Source: Tubulanus polymorphus (lineage: Eukaryota; Animalia; Nemertea). From it: DNA of 64,000 nucleotides. The stretch is taken from contig NC_134036.1 of NCBI RefSeq assembly GCF_964204645.1, positions 992,001-1,056,000 on the forward strand. The letters run 5' to 3'. A model generated the notes under the pieces. That model was not told where the DNA came from. It searched no databases and saw only the letters and a list, made by a program, of their open reading frames with translations. Below, one piece after another: positions 16,378 through 30,005 of this stretch. The number at the start of each line of letters is the position of its first letter. The first letter of the stretch is position 1. A program made the translations under genes and the position numbers.

Positions 16378-17155
16378 GGAACAAAACTAATGTCCGAAAG
16401 CGTCGGCTCTCCTTCGCCGGTCACGTGTCGAGGATGTCAGACAAAGAGTCGGTCAGGAAATGGCTGCCCTCTACACGCCCTCATACGGAACACGAAAACA
16501 AGGATGACGAGGCCTCACTGCCCCCACCTATCTACAAAGTGTGCTGAGTGATGTCAATGACGGGCATATCTGTGGGATTGCGCGGGATACAAATGGAGCG
16601 GTTATACTGGATTGTCACGCTACTAGCATTCATTGTGTCCTTGTGACCACCCGGATGAGGGATGATTCTACTGTCACGCTCTTTGTTTCTGGTATTCTGA
16701 GTCGGCTGAGGGATGATTCTACTGTCACGCTCTTTGATTTCTAGTTTGAGTGCTAGTTTTCATTGTGTCCTTGTGATAACCTCGGTCAGTGGATGAAGTC
16801 TCTCGTCGGCTTGTGAGTGCTAGTTTCATTGTGTCCTTGCGACAACCTCGGTCAGTGGATGAAGTCTCTTGTCACGCTTTTGGGTGCTAGTTGAGATCCT
16901 GAATCTCAACCCGGTCAAGCTGGTTGTACTGCGCTATTTGTGTTTCGTGCAATTTTACAGGTGTGTCAGTTACTGACGTCGCCCAGTACATCCTGCAGTT
17001 AGATGGGGAATGTGAGGCGTCGTCATCCTGGTTTTCGCGTTCTGTGTGAGGGCGTGTAGAGGGCAGTATATTCCTGGCTGGCTCATTGTCTGGTGTTCTG
17101 GGCATGTGACCGGCGACGGAGAGCTGTAAAGCTTTCGAACATTAGTTTTGTTCCG
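16378..17155. mobile_element. Two decayed non-LTR retrotransposon (RTE-like) 3' fragments in inverted orientation
   Basis: VRKRRLSFAGHVSRM is typical of RTE-clade ORF C-termini. 16378-16610 is mirrored by ~16920-17155. Confidence 0.65.
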
Positions 17156-20100
17156 TACCAGGTTTTCATCGCTCTTCTCTTTTTTTCATTTCAGGACTCC
17201 CAGGATGAAGAAGAAGATGCTGAAGGCGACTACAAAAGAACACTGGCGAAAAAAGAACACTGAACTCAGCAATATTGAAAGTTAAGTTGATACACATGTA
17301 AATTACGATGTATGATACAGAAAGGATTGTGTAACTACAGAATATCGTTCTTTTACTCATTTCAGGTTAATCCAGAAAGGCCCATTTAAAATCTGCCCAC
17401 CAGAAGTGCCCACAAATGACTCCACGTTGAATGAACCAAACACCGAAAGTCCTGCCGCAACCGAACCTGGCAGTCTCATCCTGCATGGCAAAAGGAATGC
17501 ATACATACATAAAGCTAAGTTCATTTTTCATATCTGGGGTAGAATGCATAGGCACTGGTGAGGAGAGAGACGCTGGTCAAGCTCACCATCTCCGCACTAC
17601 TTTATTGAAGCTCTATGGCCGGTATATTGTTAAAAGTAAATTGAAATATAGCTAGGGCAATAATTGCATGAATATTTACAAGGCGAAATGATTGAGTGAG
17701 GTCCCTTCAATATTCTTTGGTCTGATAATTAAAATGTAGATTGGTCAGTTATTGATTAAAAGATTTTTTAAGTATGTACAATTAAGGTAAATTCAATATC
17801 TTATGAAATTTTCTGAATGTACCGTAGATATTTCAGGCCTCATATGACTATTGTTTAACTGACAATCAAGATATAGATAGGACAATTTACTAATTAACCA
17901 ATCGCTTAGATATTAGCAATCATTCAATATCTTATAATGTTTGACGAGAAACTCTTCTGGTATAGATATTTTAGGGCCCCGTATACATTTAGGCTGGCTT
18001 TACTTGTAAAGATATATATCAATCAAATTTATCGTCAGTTAATAGTTTTTTTTACAAATAGTATATTGATACATTTATAAACATTCAGGCACTTTACAGT
18101 ATATTTTATATGCTGCTTTACCCATTGCATTAATGAATTTCTCCACGGAAAGATGTTAGTGTCTAGGGCTCTATCGAGATCTGGTGTAATATATATGGGG
18201 AAAGCTATGGACTGCGCTTCTTTTAGAAACTGTGATTAGGTCTCAGCACTTTGACATATCTAGAATAGCCATACTCTGTGCCTTGTTTTGCGCTATGATT
18301 ATTGTTTAACTGATAATTATCATATATAGCTAGGAAAAATTGCTCATTAACCAATGGCTTCGATCCACAATTCAATATTTCCAAGATCAAAAACTGTTTA
18401 TACGGTATGTAATACAGGTCCATAATATAAATGTCGTAAAACTGAAAATTTAAATATAGCTGATATATGTATGAGCACATCTGAATTAGTCTCATGGACT
18501 GATCAGTTTTAACATCTCCAACTGCCGCGCTTACGATGACTAGCCATGCTTTTCAATAATGCCAAAATTAACCTAAACCTAACTGATTCATCTAAAAGCC
18601 ATACTGTGTGTCAAGTTACGCATAATAGATGTTGTTTAACTGACAATTAGAATCAAAGGTGAATAACTCATTAATGTATTACTATAAGATATCTACGATA
18701 AGGTAAATTCAATATGTTATGTGAAATTGTTTTTAATTCAGGTCCATGGACATTTAAAATATAGCTGATACATGTGTATCTGATCACATTGATTAATCTG
18801 TATCTAAGTGAACCTATTGTGTCTTCATACAGCTGTATTAGTTTTGATACATATTTCCAAAATCATTTCACGCAGATTTACTTCCGATCGAAGGGAGATA
18901 AAACAAATCTGTACGTGCACAAATACATTCCTGAATTTGGAAGGGAGAATATTAAAGTTCACTGTGTATGTCAGATTGAAAGCCTTAATGTGACAGGATA
19001 TCCTAAACTTAGGTCTTATTCCTCTTGCTAATAGCTCTCTTTTACTAACCCCTCTCCTTCAAACTATTTTCTAGCATCATGTCTTGCACCGCACCAGGGA
19101 GGTCCGGTCATAACAAGGTCTTTCGATCCTTATACACAGTGTACTGTAAAAGGGAAATAAAGATTATATAGCAATTCGGCTATAAGGGAATTTCTAATTT
19201 ACCACTAAAAATGTGCTTTTATCTTAATTTCTGATGAATTCAAATAGTGATGCATTCACCATATCTGAAATTCTACTCATGTAGATTTTCAGGCTCCATG
19301 TTCAACTGACAATTAAAATGTAGCTAGTATGATTACTAATTAACGGATCGCTTAGCTATCTAGAAAATTAGTTAAGATTAATTCAATGTAATGAATATAA
19401 GTGATAATTATTTGAAAAATAGTGCAGTGGATGAGACGACTGTATCGTGCAATGTCACCTGCGTCATAACTGGGCGACATGTGTGTGGGATCTGTTGAAT
19501 CGGTTAGGTTTTGGGGAATACTGTATTCGTCAAACTAGATATCAAAAGCTCTGATGCAAAATTAGCAGTTTGAAATAGTGATCAATCGAAATCAGATCTG
19601 AAATTCTTGTCATGTAGAAATATCAAGCCCCGTATAAAATATTGTCAGAGACAATTTCAATTATAGCTAGGAAATTAATTAAGTGATTAGGTATCTAAGA
19701 TGAAGATTAATTCAGCATCTTCATATAAGGTAAAAGTGCGCAAGTCTCAAAGCGCAAAGCGCAAATAAAAATCATTTAATAATTGACTATTTTCAAAATC
19801 TACATATCGGATATTCGAAAGGATTTTCTGCTCACAAGATTCTGCTCTTTTTTTTAGCTAAACTACTAATCAACTAGTCATCAACTAATCAATAAGATAA
19901 TTGCCGATAACGAACCAAGCAATCATAAAAGGTAACTTGACATACATGAAATTATTACTATTAATTCTTATTGAAATATTTTGTGATTACAGGATATCTT
20001 CTTTTAAATATTGCAGCTAAATTTCAACTATGAGAAAAACCCCAGCTTGAAATCAACTACTCATCAGAAAATCTACAAGTAGATGAATACTGATCGACCC

Positions 20101-23044
20101 ATTTGCTGATGAAAACTGCAGAAGCCCAGATGATAAGTTGAGGAGCCAGCAACGGATAAATCACCCAAGGATGGATTCTTCCACAATCGGTGGTTGATTT
20201 CTATAAGACATTTTATCAGGAGCAGCAGAGACTATAGTGAATATTAAAAAACACTGATTCGAGCGACAAAGCTAATGATTATCTCATAAACACTTATTCA
20301 GCAGCAAAGACAATAGTGTATCTTATCCGGAGCAGCATAAACAATAGTGCATGTTATAAACACTGAGATCCAGGAGCGGCAAAGACAATAGTGTATCTTA
20401 TTAGGAGCAGCATAGATAATAGTGCATCTTATAAACACTGAGATCCACGAGCGGCGAAGACAATAGCGGACTTCTGTAGTAAAGTATTGATTTTTTTACC
20501 CTTTTTCAAACCAGTCTGATGGATAGTATAGTGTTTTAAAGGAAATTATTTTATAATGTTTAATGGAATGTGAGAGTAATAAAAGCTAAGCTCCATTAAT
20601 TCACGACATTGGCCTTCGATCCTTGGTTGATAGATAAGTCAAGTTAAGTTAGTCACTAGGGGTAAATGGTCGTGTTGAGTGCCTAGTTTTGACTTGTAGG
20701 TCCTTTGAGTTAACTCCTAAACTGAGATATAGTTTCAACATGATATTGTAAGTTTAATCTTCAAACTTTACCATAGTTAAACATAGTCAACTATGGCTAT
20801 TTGTCCGTTTAGGTATCACATAGTTAGGAAAAATAGAACATAGCATAAGGACAGTGTTGATGTACAAATATTAAGTATTTGCTGAATTGTAGATGTACCA
20901 ATTTGAGGGATTGATATTTTCGAAGGCCCATGTAACTGATTTCACAATTGGATCGTTTGTCAATTTTCACATCGAGTTTTAACTTTGAGCCTCCATCAAT
21001 CTGTTAGATGATCATACCTACGTATTTGAAATCAAAAGCTTTATTTGAAAGGAGACCATTATTTACATTTGAGAGGTAAAGCTAGGAATAACAAGGCATT
21101 AAGTTATAGCTAGGACTAATTTTGAACGTTTTAACATAGTTTATAGCTGTTCGAACTTCCGTTATTGTAATGGGTAAATCCATATCACGAGATGGCTCTC
21201 GGGGATAATCACTTAGCTTCAAATCGAGTGGATAATGATTATTAAGGAGTGGCAGTGAATCGGTAGCGCTTTTTCAAAATGGGCCCAGAACTTTACAGTG
21301 AAAAAATGCCTGCAGTTGTAAATAGAGGAGTATAAATAATACATAATACAAACTACAAGTACTTAAATCAATAAAAAAATAAATAAAAAAAACCAATAAA
21401 TAATAAGTAGTAAATAATACAAAATACAAGTACATACATAAATAGATAATATTAAAAAATAGATAAAAATATAATAAACACCAAATTAATATTCTATTAC
21501 ATGAAAAGGCATTTTTTCAAATATCTATCAACAAGGTTCTTCATTGATCGAACAACCTTCCCTAAGTATAGCGAAAACCCGAGATCTTTTCTGTTGTTGT
21601 TTTAAGCATTCTATCAACTCAGTTATTGTAATGAACAAAACAAATAACCATAAACCTTAACTAAATCGAACACACTTAAAAAAGATAACTGATATGATAG
21701 AATGCTTTGAATAACTGTGATGAAAGATCTACCGTCCTATGAACTAGCCGCGCTCAATCACTGCTGTGACCGTTGATTGTTATACAGGGGTAGACTTACT
21801 ATCTAAAATCTGGTACATACATTTTACTTTTTAGAAAGAATGTCAAACAGCTATAAACTTAAGTTATTGATGTTATTGGTTAGTTAACCGATTGTATAAT
21901 TATGTTGATGTTTTTGAAGCTGCCAGAAAAAACATCAGAATACTAAGTATTTAATGTCAAGGTGCTTGGACATCTTTAAGACAAGGAAGTAGGCAAAATT
22001 CTAGTTTTCTAGTGAAAGTAATGACTAATTGATACTAAGAGTTCCAGAGTGAATCCATATGTTCCATCTCTAGTTTTAATGCTTTTATGTTGGAGGCTGT
22101 TATTGTAACACAGTTCACGTGTTTGTAAATTAGGAACTTGCCCGATGATTAAGATATTATTGTTGTGTGAATAAAACGATGTTCATTTTCATCATTCGTG
22201 TTGAAACATTTTAGTTGTTATAGCAACAATTCAACTGTGGTGCCCTTATGGAAAATAGAGTAGCGAAATAGAGGAGCAGTCTCTTGATAAATGAGGATAT
22301 ATGAACAGTATTAATCAGTAGATTATGCTAGCTATGGACTCTAAAACCATGGTTTAACAATGTCTATATGGGTTCTGAAATATCTGCACAAGAAGCACCT
22401 CAAAAACTTAACTTAATTGTAGCAAAGCCATTAGTTATTAGTAATTGCCCTAGCTATATTCAAATTGACAGTTGAACAATATTTATATACTTTCAGACTG
22501 GACTAAAGTTTATAATTCTGTGTGTATTTTTGTTATTTTCCTATTGATGCAAATTGTATTTAAATCAGCTGTAGTGGAAATGTATCATATATAAAGACTT
22601 AAAAATACCTTACATAATAGGTAATAGATAGTAATAGAAATAAAATTACTATTGAAATTTGAGAAAATAAGCTAAAAGTTAATAATTTGATATGTGAAAA
22701 TGAAATTATGTAAAGAATGTAAATCAGATTGATTACTTAATCCTACGCTTTCCAGAGTATTTGGCCAGGTTTATCTCTGGTTTTAGTGCGGGGAGCCATG
22801 GACTCTTACAGTTTAAGAGTCCAAGGTTGGGCCATAGACTTTTCTGTTTTAGAGTCTATGGTTGGACCACGGGCGTATAAACTCTCGTTTATACGCCCAT
22901 GGTGGTTGGACTAGTTGTTTTTGAAAGTCCACGTGTTTGAGGAGCTTACGTTATAATTCCTCGAGCACAAACCTGGCATTTTGTATAATTGTTGTATGAG
23001 AATAAATCATGGTTGATTTTGAAATTTGTCATTCGTTGTTACAA

Positions 23045-23235
23045 GTGTTACTAAAACAAAGCACTACTAAAAACGAAGACTATATGCACCCGAGAAAACC
23101 GACCATTTTACGTTTCATATGCGAATTGGTACAGAGCGCCCGTGATGATTTCGAGTAGGTCTTCGGACTTCTTTTTAGTCATGCATAGTTTAAATACATC
23201 TTCGTTTTAGTAGTGCATAGTTTTTAAGTAACACC
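23045..23235. mobile_element. Degenerate palindromic MITE-like element
   Basis: GTGTTACTAAAAC..GCACTACTAAAAACGAAGA mirrored by TCTTCGTTTTAGTAGTGC..TTAAGTAACAC. Confidence 0.6.
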
Positions 23236-25107
23236 CCCATTTCACTGCCCTGCTATAAAATTAACTGCTTTTCGCGGCCGGCCCGTGAACTATAGTCGAA
23301 CTAAACAAAACCGAATGTCCATTAGTCGGAACTATAATCCGGAAATAGTGCGAAAATCAAGCGCATTCGGTTATTAGTTCGATCACTAGTCGACTAGATA
23401 CGAAAACCGAATTTGGTCCTGGCAGTTGAATCAGTTGCAGTTCCCAGGCAACCTTTAACTAGGCCACACGACGCGACCAGAATATGCGTGAAAGCGCATT
23501 AACAAAATGCAGTTCCCACGACAAATAAATAACTGATAAATAAAAATAAGCGACGCATTCCGATGAGATTCAATAGGTTTAGAGATTTTATCACTGCATT
23601 TGTTTTGTACCAAAGGAAGAAAGTTTCATATGCGATAAAAAATGGACTTCGCTAAAGCGAAATTCCATAAAAAGTGACATAAGTCTATTCGCCGGCGGTA
23701 AATATGTGCTTACATCGTAGTTCACAGAATTTCCGCTATCGTTATTCATAGGGGCAGCACTGAACGGTTGAGATCTAACAGAGCCTCGCTATTCTACTGT
23801 GGCATGTGAGGAACACAGATATTTTTCAAAGTCAAATTTCATTCACCATTCAACACTCGCTGGATTTAAATATATATTTATATCGACGTAAAGGCTTTAT
23901 CTAAGGGACTTGCGCTTTTGCAAAGGAGTTAAAAACCATTTTCAAATGGAACTCTTTGCTGAGCGAATGTATTAGCATCCGGTAAAGCGGCAGATTCACA
24001 TGCCACAGGAAGAATTCAAAACAAATTAAACTTTATTCCTCAGATCTCACAGAACCAACAAATTTTACTAACGTTATTTACACGAGGACAAGTCAATTGC
24101 CCGAAAATGAAGTGTACTCGACTTCCAACACCAAGTATTCCGGTGAATACTATGACAAATTTTGGAAATTCTAATAGACTAAAATACTATTTGGGGCAGG
24201 GATGATTTCACAAAGAACATCAGTCCTAACCAATTGTTTTACACTTTCAGCACAGGAACAAGGAAAATTGATATGAGAGAAATATCTGTGACAACGCAGT
24301 TGTGAGATTGGAGATGCCATTTTTAGAAGTAAAGTACCAGATTATGATTCCTCAAACAACAGCAGCAAAATCCATGAAAAACTCCTTCACATGTAAAAGA
24401 ACTAATTCCTAAATTTAGCGATATGGCAAGGATGGACGACCTGGAACTTTGTGGATAGACAGAATCCTAGCTCGCCTAAAGCAGATAAAGAAATAAATCA
24501 AAACTCTGAATAAAAAAAACAACAAATTCTGCAATTCTCTCTATCATTTTCATGTGTTCTTTTTCTCTTTCTCTCTTTCTAACACAAAAAATCATTTCAT
24601 TCAGTTATCATTATATCATTTATTTACCGCGTGTACATTTAAACCGACTCAAACATATATAAATATCAACAACGGAAAATAGATAGCTGTCACGTTTAAT
24701 ATCGAGAGATGACATAAATCGTTCACGAAAAAAAGATTCGACCCGGTGTTTGTTACGAGCAGACGGCGTAATTCTCGAAGCTCTCTACCCTAGAAATGTT
24801 GCAATACGTTCTTACAAAAAATCGTCCCCCGCAAAAAAGAACCCAATTATTTTCAACGCAAAAACGTCCATAACAAACATCAAAAGATATAAACACACAA
24901 TACACAAGCTTTTCATTAATTTCATTCGATAATAAATAACTGCTGGGAGAGAGGGTTTAAGAGGTAGGGGGTGAAAGGTGGGGGGACAACCTGGGATAGC
25001 GGATATGAATCGACCGTTTGTTTAAAATGAACAGGTTTAAATTATTGCTTGCTTTGTATTCCTAAAACGCAGGAAATTAATTGGTCGATTTAGACGATTG
25101 TAGTTAA

Positions 25108-25271
25108 GGGATCATTCATTTATTACGTACGCATAAAATTTGAATTTATCAACCCCCCTCCCCCTCTGTACGCAAAATCGGCCATTTTTCATATACATTA
25201 AGCATTACAGTACGCAATTGCACTGACCCCTCCCCCCTCCCCTAATGCTTACGTAATAAATGAATGATCTC
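25108..25271. mobile_element. PIF/Harbinger-type MITE downstream of the DNAJA stop (probable 3' UTR)
   Basis: TIRs GGGATCATTCATTTATTACGTA / TACGTAATAAATGAATGATCTC, flanked by TAA on both sides. Confidence 0.85.
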
Positions 25272-26521
25272 TAATTCACTGCGTTGAGGGAGAACTTAAT
25301 AGCGTTGGAACAGGTTTAGATATTTCACACCGAGTTGAGAATCGCGAAATCGATCGTAAAATCGATATATCAACACATTTCGAAGATTTCGGTTTCGATC
25401 TCGCTCCGCGCTGTGCTATATAGAGTGAACACGTAAAAACAATCTCGACGACTTTAAAAACGATATAACGACGTTAGGAATGAGATCTGAGCGTAAAACC
25501 CCCCGCCCCCCCTGAGAGGGTTCTACTGTTCTACAGACCGGGTTCACGAGTGTCGGTTACCCTACTCAAGCCTAGCTAGAATAATACGAACGAAAAAAAC
25601 TGTGAAAATAATGATTGAAATGATGAGTGTGTGCGTGAAATGTTCCCTGATGCGGCAGCAGGGTCTAGTTTAAACCCGGTCTATAAAACAAGGGTCCAGC
25701 TGCTCAAAAAAGTCGGTTCAGTTATTCCCGGAATCAATATTAGGCAACGCGGCTACAAAGTGGAACCTCGTTAAAATGATTTATCAGTAGCGACACACTT
25801 TGTACCAGAAAATCCATTTTATCTATTACCAGACGTAAAGAAATATCGGTTATGAAGCGTAAAACTATTGGTGGTTGGAACGAACAGATTTTCCGGTCTC
25901 CTGAAAGTTCGTTGCTACAAGGTTCAACTCGATTCTAGTTAGAAACCGATAATTGCGTAAGAACTATCGGTTATAATGAACATGGGCTGCAATTGCTGAA
26001 AAGTTGGAAAGCAGAGTTAACATTTAGATACCGGTAGTTGACATAGTGACAATAATTAAAAGTTCTTAGTTGCTTAGCCAGAACCCTGTCTATGGTTTAG
26101 TTTCACGATCGGATATTTTTACAAACCACATTAATTAGTGTAAGCCCATCCGATTATAAAAAGCTTACTACCAACGATTAGGTAACTAACTAATCATAAC
26201 TATGGTATCTATCCACCGGTTGTCTTTAACCAACCTTCGAGCAACTGCAGCCCCTGATTTTCCGATGCCCTGAAGTAACAACGACGTTCAGCTGTCATGT
26301 AAACACTACTTACACAACAACCGAAAGCATCTCGACCCCGAACCCTCTCCGCGCTCTTATTACAGCTTTGTTCATTTGTAAATGATGATATCTAATTGGT
26401 CCGAGTTTCAGCCACGTCATTAAATATCGTATAAAATCAAAACTAACACACGCATACATACACAAATAGTCTCTCGTTCTCTTCGTAGTCAGACTCCCGA
26501 GGAGTCTCTAAATGATTGTCG

Positions 26522-29500
26522 CTATGACGACGCGCATTGTACTCGTTGACCGGCCCCGCCCATACCGCCTTCGTCGTCCGAGTCGTAAGCCTCTCTTTGA
26601 ACGCGACTTCGACGTTCGTCGTCGGCGTTGAAATCCTCCAGATTGTGTTCCTCGGCGTCGTCGGGGACGATCGTCTCCGTTCGGGCCGGCAGACACTTCT
26701 CTAGAGATTCGATTTGATCTTTCGATAGGAAATTCTTCTTCGGGAATTTCACGTCGAAATGGATGATAAGTTTGCCTTTCTCGAACGGACTCTTATAGAG
26801 CGGCATACCCTCGCCTCGGATCGCTTTGATTGTACCATGTTCTATCACTTCACCTATACGGAGACAGGAGAAAAATAAACACTTTTCAAATGCGTGAAAA
26901 CCTTTGATTCATTTCTAAATTACCAACAAAAATAATAAATTTTAACATTTTTTTTTCAAAAATGTTTAAGGAATGCCATCCAGTTTCTCCTCGTTGAGTT
27001 GGCCTTCGAGGTACAACACATATTCCATGGTAGTTGCAGCACGGATGGGTCATTTTTGCGTTGCATCATTTAGAAATATAGGTGATACAAAATGTGGCTT
27101 AAGACTTAAGACCATTTCGATACCTTCTTTGTTCCATCTCACATCTTAAAACCAGTCTTAAGATTTACGATCACCTTTGGACCGGCCTCGGATCTTGAAC
27201 GCTTGCCCGTTATTTGATATTTGTGTCCGGCTAAAGATTTAAAATCGGCCATTATTCGAGAGAAATTAAATCACACGTACCTGGAATAGTTTGTATGACT
27301 AGAACGCGTTCGTCGAGCGTCTCGATCGTTTTGTGGAACCCGCACAACGCTTCGACTAACTCGATCTCCATTTTCATCAGTAGATTATTGCCCTGGCGAG
27401 CGAGTTTCGGATGAGGTTTCTCGTCGAGTACGATCAGTATGTCGCCCGGTTCGAGTCCCGGCTCCTGGTCGCCCTCGCCCGCGAAACGTATCTGTTGACC
27501 GTCTTTCATACCTGCAATTTTTTATCGAAATAACGCGGGTTTACAAATTCTGTCAGGATGCGACGCGCGGCCGTCTGCGCAACTAGCGACCTCTAGTGAT
27601 GATTATTAGCGTTTATATTCTAACATGTATTACTATTAGAATTATCAGAATTCTCATTATCATCTTTTATCTTTGTTATTCTCATTATCATCGTTTATCT
27701 CATTATCATTTTTTATCTCTTTTTTATTCTCATCATTATCATCTTTTGTCTCATTTTTATTCTCATTATCATCTTTTATCTCTTTGTTATCCTCATTATC
27801 ATCTTTTATCTCTTTGTCATTCTCATTATTAGTTTTATTTTGAATTATTTATACATTTTACATTTTTGTACATTAACGATTGATTTAAATATTCATGTAT
27901 TCATTCTCTTTTGTAAGTTTATTTTGTGTCCAAATCAATTTCGAAAGTGACAGGTTAATGAACTGAACAAACAGTGACACCTAGTTACAGACGGATGAAC
28001 TAATAACAAACCCCTAATGAAAAACAGATGAACAACCTTAGATGACAGGTCAATGAACTAAACCAACAGCACCCTCAAGTGAAAAATTGATGAACTAACC
28101 AAACAATGACACCGAATAGTTACTGGCGGATGAACTAACAACGACCCCTAGTGAAATGATGATGAACTAATCGAACAGTGACAATTGGTGACGATGACTA
28201 GCTAACCAAACAGCACTCCCTAGTGATGAGTAAACGAACTAACCTTTATCGACATGCACTTCTAGAATCTTTCGTTCGCGTGTCACTTTGCGACCTTGAC
28301 ATTTCTTACAACGATTTTTCTCGCTGATGCACTCCCCGCGACCTTGACAATCGTGACATATCGATTGTATCTGTTGTACCATACCGGGTCCGATGTTCTG
28401 AATACGAACTCTGATTCCGGCGCCTTGACATTGAGGACAACTCTCCACGCAACCTTCTTTACCCCCGCGACCTGTAATATCATCAGAATACTAACAATTT
28501 ACTAGAAATTCAGGAAATGCAGAAATAAACCGTGACAGTAAAGATTGTCACTTAATTCAAAACGAACCGGGGTCACAAAAATCACTCAGACTTAAGATGA
28601 AAATCAGAATAGAAAATATTTGTTAAATTTGTCGAAGTACCAATTAGTATCATCACCACTAAGTTAGGCCAGCTGAAGTCCAATCTATATTAACCCTTGC
28701 CCAACTTGAACAAAATTGGGACCAGCAATATTGAACGGAGGTAAGATTAGAAGAAGTCAGAACTAAGGACAGGAAATTAAAACAGCGAATCAGGAACAAG
28801 TGATTTCGCTTTAGTCCAGGTCGACCATGTTCCGAATTAGGCTGCGAGGTATTCATCTTTAAGATCTTCAATTGATAATATCGAACTGATGTACAGAGAA
28901 GGCCGAGTTAAGGACAGGAAACAAAGACAGGGAATCAGAAACAAATTATTTTACTAAATTTCTGAATCAGGCAGCAAGATATCAACAATCTCGATTCTTA
29001 CCTTCGCATTGATCACAGATGATATTTTTCTGTAAAGCCAACCGTCGAACGGCTCCTTTATATAAATCTTCGAGCGACACTTTCAACTGATGAACGACGT
29101 CTTTACCCTTCGGTGGACCTCGATTACGACGACCACCGCCGCCGCCGAAAAACATGTCGAATATATCCATCGGATTGTGAAACGGTCCGCCGCCGTTTCC
29201 GCCCTCTTTTATCGCCTGCTCTCCGCCTTCGTCGTACAGTTTACGTTTTTTCGGGTCGGACAGAACTTCGTACGCCTGAGAGATGATCTTAAACTATAAA
29301 TAAAATAGGAAATATAACGGCTTTAAACGTTTTGTTTTGGCGCCTGTTTAAAATGGTTAATGGTTTCCTCCCCTCCACTCACTGGGCGCCATTCAAGTTA
29401 CCGTTTAAAGTGGAATTATCGTTTCCTCCCCCTCCACACACTGAGCGCCATTCAAGTTACCGTTTAAAGTGGAATTATGGTTTCTTAAAAACTACCCCTC

Positions 29501-30005
29501 AACTCACTGAGCGTCATTTAGGCTTTAGTGTTATCCAACACAGGTTTTTGAGGGGCAACTGCCCCTTTCATTTTTACATCCACCCCTCTAAAATTCAGCC
29601 ACCTTCATAAAAATATGCTGCCCAAACCAGATTGGATGTCAATATTCTATCAATGCTGATCAGTCCTTTGAAATATATCGATATGTGAAAAATAGAAGAT
29701 TATACCAAAATTAAGATTAAATGTTCATTCTTTTTGGGGTGATTGAAAACCTTGCTACAACAGCATGCGCAATCACGATGTTATCCACTTAACAATGAAT
29801 GCAGCCCCTTTTAAATTCCAGCATACGGAGAAGGCTAACCACTGACACTGTTAAATGATTTTAAACAAACCTTTTCTTGTCCATCGGGATTTTTATCGGG
29901 GTGATATTTCAACGCTAGTTTCCTGTAAGCTTTCTTCAGTTCCGAGTCCGATGCGTTCGGTTTTACTCCGAGTTCGTCGTAGTATTTCGTTTCTTTCACC
30001 GACAT
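26522..30005 (-). CDS. DNAJA1: DnaJ homolog subfamily A (Hsp40, DNAJA1/4-like); exons 30005-29871, 29293-29002, 28471-28244, 27511-27281, 26853-26522; non-coding exon with donor at ~30748
   Basis: [14 protein letters not shown]...KYHPDKNP J-domain; G/F region [11 protein letters not shown]; CxxCxGxG zinc fingers; LVEALCGF; CaaX terminus VQCASS*. Confidence 0.95.

Noticed and set aside
16092-16547. 151-aa ORF with a signal-peptide-like stretch, or a solo LTR
   Set aside because: A chimera of low-complexity hydrophobic sequence and an RTE fragment. No TSD was found for an LTR.
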